Source: Amoeboradix gromovi X-113
Taxonomy: Eukaryota; Fungi; Sanchytriomycota
Direction: 5' to 3'
Assembly: GCA_018985225.1 (NCBI GenBank)
Contig: JADGIF010000432.1
Coordinates: 1-8,679 of the forward strand
Length of the DNA stretch: 8,679 bases
Shown in pieces: positions 1 through 6,698 of this stretch (positions within the stretch are counted from its first letter, which is position 1; every line of letters begins with the position of its first letter). Position numbers and translations under genes: made by a program. Under the pieces are notes generated by a model. The model did no database searches. It was given only the letters and a program-made list of their open reading frames with translations, and was not told where the DNA came from.

Positions 1-253
1 TACCAGTACCAATAAAAAGAAGCCCTATGATATTGAGAGTTGTTTATTTTTTGTCTTTTTCACTTTCACGCCAACGGTAATTCGAGCTACAATTGTAGTC
101 GTGAGTATCATAGTGATATCAAGCCGGGCGAGAACATGCTTAAATGTTACCTACTTAAATTGCCTAAATCTAAGAAATGTTAGCTCTACACATCCAAACT
201 AGGACTAGTAAGTTTAATATTTCAACAGGATAAAACAATTCAAAACTTCCCCA

Positions 254-1376
254 ATGCCTAGCTTTTTCATTTCTTTTCCAGGCACCAAGGACATTTTAGG
301 TCTTATTAAAAGTTGCAACGAAGGTGTTTCTAATATTTTTAAAGTACCGTCCCTAAAAGTGGGCACACTTGATGATCTCATTAGTACTGGTGATGAATTA
401 TTAAAACAGGACAAATTCGTTGAACAAATAACTCTTAAAATTATGGACTATTTACAGTCTCTTACGACCATGATTCTATATGTTAGCAATAAACCGGTAA
501 ATGAATATATTAAAGATTTTGAATGGAATACCCTTCGTTATCGTCATGATAAACCGCTAAATACAATTCTTGAATCAATAATGGCTGAAATCGTAGGCAT
601 AGATAGCACATTGAAACAGAAAATGGCAGTCTATAATCAAACCAAGTCTCAGCTGCAGCAGTTGGAAAGAAAACAATCTGGTACCTTATTGACGAAGTCC
701 CTGTCTGAAATAGTTAAAAAAGAAGACTTTGTTATAGGTAGTGAATACCTAATCACAATACTAGTAGTAGTCCCTTCCAAATTAGAAGAAGAATGGAATT
801 CTGAATATGAAACGATCTCAGAAATGGTTGTGCCTCGCTCGGCAAAGAAGCTAGCAAACGATACGGATTATTGCTTATATACTGTTGTGATATTCAAGAA
901 ATTTAAAGATTCATTTACGGAGAAGTGTTCCAAAAAGTACCATATTCGTGACTTTCAGGTGGATGGCCAAGAAGACTTGGAAAAAGAAATTGGGGCGTTA
1001 TCCACATCTGTAAAAGAACAATGGGTATTCTATTCTGATTTAGTCTGGACTAGTTCGATTATTAAAAAGTAATTTTAGTGATGTTTACAGCGCTTGGATG
1101 CATATTAAAGCTATGAGAATATTTGTAGAAAGTGTCCTTAGATATGGAGTACCTCCTGAGTTTGTTAGTTTAACAGTGCATTGCAAAGACGATAAGAAAC
1201 TAAAGAAGCAACTGAGTGAGTTGTATAATAAACTTACTAATTCTAAGAATATCAACTACACAAAGGGACTGACTAACGACCAGAAACAATTGATAGAACA
1301 GCATATGGCGACATTAAATTTGGAAGATTCTTTTGAGGAGTATTTAATAATGCCATTTGATACGTTGATTAAATAA
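254..1376 (+). CDS. VMA5: V-type H+-ATPase V1 subunit C; exons 254..1024 and 1044..1376, 367 aa
   Basis: Family motifs FKVPSLKVGTLDDL, F.WN..RY, SEYLITILVVVP, MVVPRSA, HIKAMRIFVESVLRYGVPP. Removing 1025..1043 joins ORFs 254..1072 and 1098..1376 as ...KEQW|SGLVRLLKSNFSDVYSAWMHIKAMR..., matching the conserved subunit C segment (LVRWLKVNFSEAF.AWIH.KALR type). Confidence 0.96.
1025..1043 (+). other. 19-nt spliceosomal intron (phase 0) in V-ATPase subunit C
   Basis: GTATTCTATTCTGATTTAG; GT...AG ends, CTGAT at positions 11-15; removal restores the frame and conserved protein sequence. Confidence 0.92.
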
Positions 1377-1381
1377 ATAAA
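1372..1381 (+). terminator. Putative poly(A) signals (two overlapping AATAAA) fused with the VMA5 stop codon
   Basis: AAA TAA ATAAA: AATAAA at 1372..1377 and 1376..1381 overlap the TAA at 1374..1376. Confidence 0.55.
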
Positions 1382-1501
1382 TTTAATTTGTAATCAACTC
1401 GCGTGAAGATATTAACAATTTTTTGATAGCTATAACTATGCTATGCCATGTGATAACTAGATCCCCGAGTTTATAGTCTGTCCACGTGGAGATGTTGAGA
1501 C

Positions 1502-1939
1502 ATGTTAACAGTATTGATAGCATTGGTTTTGGGAGCCAGCACAATTAGAATAGTAAATCCGACTACCAGTAGTACATGGACTCCAAACCAAGACGTGTAC
1601 GTTGTTTGGGAGGTTGTGAATTCAGGAAACGACAAGCTGACTTTTAATTTGATGGATGGTAGCCAAGGAAATAACGACGCACCATTAATCAAAGTAATTG
1701 CGGATAATGTAAATCCGAATGCCAAAAAGTTAAGTTATAAAGTACCAGGTGATGTAAATAGTGGAAAGTACTTTATTCAAGTCGTTCCTAATGATGGTAA
1801 ACCACAATATTCATCAACATTCCAAATAGGTGAATCCACTGAATCTACAAGTGGAGATCCTGCAAAAGCTCAGACGTCATCATCGCAATCATATTATCCT
1901 TATTCGTCTCTGTTCTTGTTTGGGTTCGTAGCAAGTTAA
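1502..1939 (+). CDS. Small secreted Ser/Thr-rich, probably GPI-anchored protein with a Kre9/Knh1-like N-terminal Ig-like domain, 145 aa
   Basis: Hydrophobic leader MLTVLIALVLGA; pattern I.NP...STW......V.W ... L.L ... IA.NV ... YKVP.DV.SG.YFIQ ... YSSTF.I typical of the fungal Kre9/KNH-like domain; S/T-rich linker; hydrophobic C-terminus SSLFLFGFVAS. Confidence 0.8.
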   Translation: MLTVLIALVLGASTIRIVNPTTSSTWTPNQDVYVVWEVVNSGNDKLTFNLMDGSQGNNDAPLIKVIADNVNPNAKKLSYKVPGDVNSGKYFIQVVPNDGKPQYSSTFQIGESTESTSGDPAKAQTSSSQSYYPYSSLFLFGFVAS

Positions 1940-1943
1940 TAAA
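1938..1943 (+). terminator. Putative poly(A) signal fused with the stop codon of the GPI protein gene
   Basis: TAATAAA: stop TAA 1937..1939 overlaps AATAAA. Confidence 0.55.
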
Positions 1944-2057
1944 TTGTTGTGAAAACATTTTCTTTTGAGACATTTTACACCTGTTTCATATTCGATCTTT
2001 TGAATTTCATGTATAATGACTAGGCCATTGTTTAGACATCACCAGGAAGTCTAGGCT

Positions 2058-2510
2058 ATGTCAAATCTTCCCTCGCATGCAGATAATCCACTGTTCAGAT
2101 TCAGAAATATCCAGCTACGCCAGCAACAGAGACAAGGTAATATGAGAATTCCAATTAGAAATCATCATAGTCTTCAGTGCGTGTTTTGCTCTACATGGCT
2201 CACTAACAAAGCTCAGAAAGCTATATTGCTAGCAGATAATCAACGCGAATTATTCAGTAGCGATCAATCTCCAAGAAATGCTTCTCTCATAGGTGTTGAC
2301 TATTCAACAGAGAAGTGCAGGTGCCTAATTAGAAACATAGCTTGTCTAACTTGTGGCAATAATGTTGGCTACCATGTAAGCCAGCCCTGTCGAAGTTGTC
2401 TCGATCATAGTCACAATGGCCATTTCTTTATGTTCCATTGCGCTAGCGTTAAAACTATGGAAGGTAGAAAGGATTCTGTACATAGCTTAAAAAGCGAAGC
2501 TCTTAGATAA
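2058..2510 (+). CDS. FAM72: FAM72 family protein (Yippee/Mis18-like zinc-binding fold), 150 aa
   Basis: C.FC...L...A.KAILLAD...ELFSSD..P, CRC.I..IACL.CGN.VGYHV..PC.SCL....NGHFFMFH closely match the human FAM72A motifs as I recall them (KAVLLAD...DLFSTD, CKC...DIACLKCGNIVGYHV..PCSSCL...NNGHFWMFH). Confidence 0.92.
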   Translation: MSNLPSHADNPLFRFRNIQLRQQQRQGNMRIPIRNHHSLQCVFCSTWLTNKAQKAILLADNQRELFSSDQSPRNASLIGVDYSTEKCRCLIRNIACLTCGNNVGYHVSQPCRSCLDHSHNGHFFMFHCASVKTMEGRKDSVHSLKSEALR

Positions 2511-2521
2511 GCAGAGACACA

Positions 2522-2527
2522 AATAAA
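2522..2527 (+). terminator. Putative poly(A) signal of FAM72
   Basis: AATAAA 11 nt after the stop. Confidence 0.45.
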
Positions 2528-2635
2528 TAGAATCATCACATCCTTTTTCTTTAAGTTAGTTACGGCATTTATTCAACAAGAATTTAAGGACTCCCCCGGA
2601 GTATTTCCACTGTAAACCTTTCTCATAAGGTTGCT

Positions 2636-3880
2636 TTACAATTTTAGCACTTCTTTTAGATCCTGAGTAAAGTTTGCAACTGAGGCGTTTCCAGAATAGT
2701 AATCTTTGTTGAGCCTTAGAAAAGGCGATATTACTGTTCTATTTTTGGTATCTTGCAATGTGATATTCATGAAATTTGCCAACTGTATTACCGAACTATG
2801 CACCATCGAATCAAATCTTTCAAACTTGCGATAAAAAACGGGTAAAAGAAATTTCTCAAGCGCAGAGTTTGTTTCAAATCCTTTCATAGGCTCAGTATAT
2901 GAATCCAAAATAGGGTAAATAGTCGCGGCAGCAAGCCTATTAAAAGATGCGGGAAACACTCCCGGAAAGAAATTTCTGAGGTTTCCCTGATCTAGCATCC
3001 AATCCAATGCAATCAATGACCTGCTGCTTTTATCCGATCCACCAAGATCGCTATGCGACCCAGAAAAGTACACCTGAGAAAAGTTTGGATTGTTTAAATT
3101 AATAGCTGAATAGTTGAACATAGTACGGTACTCATTAATCGCGACCGCATGGCTACAACGTAGCACATTACTTCCAATCGTGTCTGACATATGAACTAGT
3201 TTTTTAGACTTGAATGCTATTGATACTTGGTTCCAAACTGGTTTTACTTTTTGTATAATGTCTTTCAATAGACTGTCGATAAAAGACCTTTTACTTAAGT
3301 CCGGTTTCGCTCGTAGTTGTGATCTTAGTATGTGCAAAGTCTCTTGGGCAGTAGAAACTGCGAGCACAGAATCAAATAGTCCGAGAAATGTTATTTTTGG
3401 AATCCAGCCAAGGACACTTTGGAAACTCGGTTCTAACATTGAATTTTGCAATCGATTGTATCTGAGATTTTTATCGCTTATCCCATACAGCGCCAAATAA
3501 TTTGAAAGAAACCTTGCAGAAGTTGCTCCTCTGCTGAATCCAAATATTCTTAAAACGTCATTCTTTTTCAAGTTCCGTACTAGAAATTCATAAGCAACAT
3601 AAACCCATTCTTCTATGCCATACCCAGTGAGACCTTGAATTTTGTTTCTCAATCGATTTTTGCTAGTACCTAAACCATACAAATAGATAGCCTTGTCTTC
3701 ATTTTGTGTTTTTACTAATGAAGTTATTTGAAATTGTTTACCTTTAAAATTGTTATATGTAGAGTTTCCTGGGTAGCTCTTAAACATTTTGAAAATGTTA
3801 GTGTTACTTTTTTCGTCATTCCAAGTCCCATCAAGGAAAACAAAAATGTTTTTGCACAGCATCAGGGATATCCATATCAT
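2636..3880 (-). CDS. DUF2235 / T6SS Tle1-like alpha/beta hydrolase (putative secreted lipase or phospholipase), paralog A, 414 aa
   Basis: Motifs DGTWN, TNI, Y..GLGT, GFSRG (nucleophile elbow), FLGLFDSV, HAVAINEYR..F, F.G.HSDLGG, L.WM; short hydrophobic leader MIWISLMLC; intronless. Confidence 0.9.
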   Translation of the reverse strand: MIWISLMLCKNIFVFLDGTWNDEKSNTNIFKMFKSYPGNSTYNNFKGKQFQITSLVKTQNEDKAIYLYGLGTSKNRLRNKIQGLTGYGIEEWVYVAYEFLVRNLKKNDVLRIFGFSRGATSARFLSNYLALYGISDKNLRYNRLQNSMLEPSFQSVLGWIPKITFLGLFDSVLAVSTAQETLHILRSQLRAKPDLSKRSFIDSLLKDIIQKVKPVWNQVSIAFKSKKLVHMSDTIGSNVLRCSHAVAINEYRTMFNYSAINLNNPNFSQVYFSGSHSDLGGSDKSSRSLIALDWMLDQGNLRNFFPGVFPASFNRLAAATIYPILDSYTEPMKGFETNSALEKFLLPVFYRKFERFDSMVHSSVIQLANFMNITLQDTKNRTVISPFLRLNKDYYSGNASVANFTQDLKEVLKL

Positions 3881-4022
3881 ATGTAACGTTGTGGGAATAT
3901 TTCATTGTCATATTTAAAGGAACGGCAGCCATTATAATTGGATAATAGACGCTCTGTGACACCCACAATGAATACTAGGAAATAAACAAAAATAAATAAC
4001 ACATAATTAAAATTTAAATGAA

Positions 4023-4028
4023 TTTATT
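4023..4028 (-). terminator. Putative poly(A) signal fused with the stop of DUF2235 paralog B
   Basis: Minus strand TAATAAA overlapping the stop at 4029..4027. Confidence 0.55.
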
Positions 4029-5280
4029 AAGACAATATAGCTTTCAAATCTCTGCTAAAATTTTCTGAAGAAGACTTCCCAGATAAATAATCTGCTTTTA
4101 ACCTCAAAAACGGTGATATAACATTTCTATCAATTATGTCTTCCACGTTTACCTTCATATAACTCGCTACTTCTCGTACCGATCTATGTACCAAGCTATC
4201 ATACATTCCAAATGATCTATAAAAAACTGGTAAAAGCTTTTTTTCAATACTCGTATCAGCATCAAAAGAGCCCATTGGTTCAGTGTAAGAATCAGAAATT
4301 GGATAATCTAGTCCCGAAGCTTCTACATTGTAGTCCAAAGGTAATATGTTTGGAAAGAATTTTTCAAGCTCACCTTGATCTAAAATCCATTGCAACGCAA
4401 TTGATGATCTTTCAGAAGTTACCCATCCGCCTCCGCCTATATCGCTGTGTGCTCCCATGAAGTAAGACTGAGTGAAATTTGGATTTTTCAAATCGATGCT
4501 AGAGAAATTAAACATTGATCGATATTCATTGATTGCAACTGCGTGACTGCATTTTAATACATTACTACCTAGAGCATCTGACATATGCACTAATTTGCCA
4601 GATTTGAATGCCAAAGCTATGGTATTGAGGTTGTCCTGTACATCAGACTTCACATTTCTTATCTTATCCTTTGCGTTGTTCCAAAAATTGCTTATGAATC
4701 CACGCTTTTTGAGATTTATATGTCTTATGAGTGTGCCTAAAGTATCATCTACTGTTGATACTGCTACTACAGAGTCAAACAAACCGAGAAACGTAATTTT
4801 AGGGATCCAACCAGACAAACTTTTAACTGCTGGATCCAACAAAGATTTTTGCAATCTAGAATGTCTAAGGTTTCTGTGGTTTATCCCGTACAAATTCAAA
4901 TAGTTGCATAACAATCTAGCTGTGGTGGAACCTCGACTAAATCCGAATACACGTAAATCATCGCCATCCTCTAGATGCTGCACTAGAAACTGATAGCCCA
5001 CTTCAACCCATCCTTCAATACCATACCCAGTTAATCCTTGGATTTTGTTAAGCAACTTATTTGAGGTGGTTCCCAGTCCATACAGGTATATTGCTTTATC
5101 TCCATTATGATTCTTAATGAATGAAGTAACACCAGATGTGCCGGTATAGGGATTGGCTTCCGCCTTGCCATCAAAGCTGTCAAACATTTTATAAATGTTG
5201 GTATTGGTTTTATCATTGTTCCAAGTACCATCAAAGAAGACAAATAAATTTTTGCATAGAGCCAAAGATAGAAAAAGCAT
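4027..5280 (-). CDS. DUF2235 / T6SS Tle1-like alpha/beta hydrolase, paralog B, 417 aa
   Basis: Same motif set (DGTWN, GFSRG, FDSV, HAVAINEYR, GAHSDIGG); colinear with paralog A over the full length; leader MLFLSLALC; intronless. Confidence 0.9.
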   Translation of the reverse strand: MLFLSLALCKNLFVFFDGTWNNDKTNTNIYKMFDSFDGKAEANPYTGTSGVTSFIKNHNGDKAIYLYGLGTTSNKLLNKIQGLTGYGIEGWVEVGYQFLVQHLEDGDDLRVFGFSRGSTTARLLCNYLNLYGINHRNLRHSRLQKSLLDPAVKSLSGWIPKITFLGLFDSVVAVSTVDDTLGTLIRHINLKKRGFISNFWNNAKDKIRNVKSDVQDNLNTIALAFKSGKLVHMSDALGSNVLKCSHAVAINEYRSMFNFSSIDLKNPNFTQSYFMGAHSDIGGGGWVTSERSSIALQWILDQGELEKFFPNILPLDYNVEASGLDYPISDSYTEPMGSFDADTSIEKKLLPVFYRSFGMYDSLVHRSVREVASYMKVNVEDIIDRNVISPFLRLKADYLSGKSSSENFSRDLKAILS

Positions 5281-5479
5281 GGTAACATTCTAGAAAGAAT
5301 TGCTTTCATTGACCGAAATAGACCTAAAAAAATCTTTGATTGGATTTTTCAATCTTAACTCCTTAGAGAAACTGAAATTATCCTAAACCCTATAATTGGC
5401 ATTCGTTTTCTTCAGTTATCTCAAGCTAACTATTTTCGTGTCAAGTTTGAATATAAAATTTATAATCTCCAAGTTTCAT

Positions 5480-6671
5480 ATGATTACAAACGAAGCGCCA
5501 TCTAAAGACGAAATTCAGCATATTTTTCAAAAATTAAAACCAAAATCTACAGCATGCTTTGATTGCGGACACGCTTCTCCAACTTGGGCCTCGATTAGCA
5601 ATGGCTGTTATTTGTGTATAAGTTGTAGCGGTCAACATCGTCATTTAGGTGTCCATTTAAGTTTTGTTCGTTCAACGACTTTAGATAGCTGGTCATGGGA
5701 TCAACTAAGACGAATGAAGTGTGCTTGTAAACCCAGCAACATTAAAAATCAACTGCAATCAACAAAGGGTGATTTACAAGTGAAATACTCATCCCCATTG
5801 GCTGCTAAGTGGCGTAAAATACTGGATGATGCTGTAGAACAAGATAAAATTGATTTCCCGGATACCTTTAATTTAGAAGTTACAAGTCCCATTGATCGTA
5901 AAAAGAGTGAAGATTTTTTCAATAGTTTTCCTGATCCCGGTAACAAATCTTCACAAGATGCACCTGTTTGGCAAGATGAAGAGACCTGGGATAATCCAGC
6001 TCCTGTACAACAGCATTTTCAAACAGCCCAACCTACCATAACAATCACTGGTAGAAAAGGTAAGCTGGGAACTAAAAAAGTAATCAACTTGGATGAAGCT
6101 GAAAAAAGAGCTAATAACATACAGGTTATTCAAACGCAGCAGCAGAGCATCAAAACTCAACAGCAGCAAGCGCCGATTGTGGTTCCATTGATAATCAAAA
6201 ATTCTCCATCTGTCGTAGCTGCTCAAAAACCTCCGCAGCCTTTAGAGATGGATGAATTAAGTGAAAGATTAGGAATCGGATTCAAAAAGATGTCCGTGCA
6301 ACCGCAACAACAACAGTTGAAACCATCCACTTCTTATAACGACTCTGATGAAGCTCAACGCAGATTTAAAAATTCTAAATCTATTTCTTCAGACCAATAT
6401 CATAATACTGAACCAGTGGCTGTATTTTATACTCATATAGGACCCTGTTCAAATTAATAAATTCAACAATGCAAAAGCCATAAGTAGCGATCAGTATTTT
6501 GGAAGAAAAGAAGAGGAGGATCCAAAGTCATTCGACGTAAGTGGTAACGTTGATGGTGTAGCTAGGGATATAGCTCAGAAATTTGTAGAGCAGGCGCAGT
6601 CTGATTTAAATACTTTAAAGAATGTTGCCGAAGTAGGCGTAAAGAAACTTGCTGAATATTGGAAGCAATAG
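5480..6671 (+). CDS. GLO3: ArfGAP2/3 (Glo3-type) ARF GTPase-activating protein; exons 5480..6421 and 6441..6671, 390 aa
   Basis: Zinc finger CFDC-X16-CISC, HRHLGVHLSFVRST.LDSWSW.QLR.M, basic KGKLGTKK segment, and two Glo3-motif repeats (KSISSDQY in exon 1; KAISSDQYFG only after removing 6422..6440). First in-frame ATG is at 5480; the ORF track's 5396 start is a TTG. Stop TAG at 6669..6671. Confidence 0.94.
6422..6440 (+). other. 19-nt spliceosomal intron (phase 0) in GLO3
   Basis: GTATTTTATACTCATATAG; CTCAT at positions 11-15; removal gives ...EPVA|DPVQINKFNNAKAISSDQYFG..., restoring the second Glo3 motif. Confidence 0.92.
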
Positions 6672-6673
6672 CT

Positions 6674-6679
6674 AATAAA
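6674..6679 (+). terminator. Putative poly(A) signal of GLO3
   Basis: TAG CT AATAAA; 2 nt after the spliced-model stop, which independently supports exon 2. Confidence 0.55.
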
Positions 6680-6698
6680 CTGTATAATTCAATTTCAC

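Noticed and set aside
1070-1072. Stop-codon reassignment (TAA/TAG read as Gln, as in some aphelids and ciliates)
   Set aside because: The breaks are frame changes rather than in-frame stops; conserved domains contain no internal TAA/TAG, and genes end at TAA or TAG.
1025-1097. Pseudogene, sequencing frameshift or programmed ribosomal frameshift as the cause of the split VMA5, GLO3 and PRL ORFs
   Set aside because: All three breaks coincide with an equally sized GT...CTNATWTAG segment whose removal restores conserved sequence. Three independent errors would not share this motif, and no slippery site is evident.
1481-1490. Perfect palindrome TCCACGTGGA containing an E-box (CACGTG) upstream of the GPI protein gene
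   Set aside because: Single occurrence only 11 nt from the ATG; cannot be distinguished from chance.
2137-2158. Possible 22-nt intron GTAATATGAGAATTCCAATTAG near the FAM72 5' end
   Set aside because: The ORF is already open through it; removal would need an upstream frame that has a stop and no ATG after it.
3210-4903. Antisense ORFs 3210..3500 and 4595..4903 resembling each other
   Set aside because: They are shadows of homologous segments of the two DUF2235 paralogs; the similarity is explained by the sense-strand genes.
5396-5479. 28-aa N-terminal extension of GLO3 from the ORF track
   Set aside because: Begins at TTG in AT-rich divergent promoter sequence; ATG 5480 gives a normal Glo3 N-terminus.
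5719-5736. Possible in-frame 18-nt intron GTGTGCTTGTAAACCCAG where ArfGAPs usually have MxxGGN
   Set aside because: Lacks the CTNATWTAG motif and removal does not restore GGN; more likely simple divergence.
6121-6320. Gln-rich CAG/CAA runs in GLO3
   Set aside because: Ordinary low-complexity linker of ArfGAP2/3 proteins, not a repeat array.
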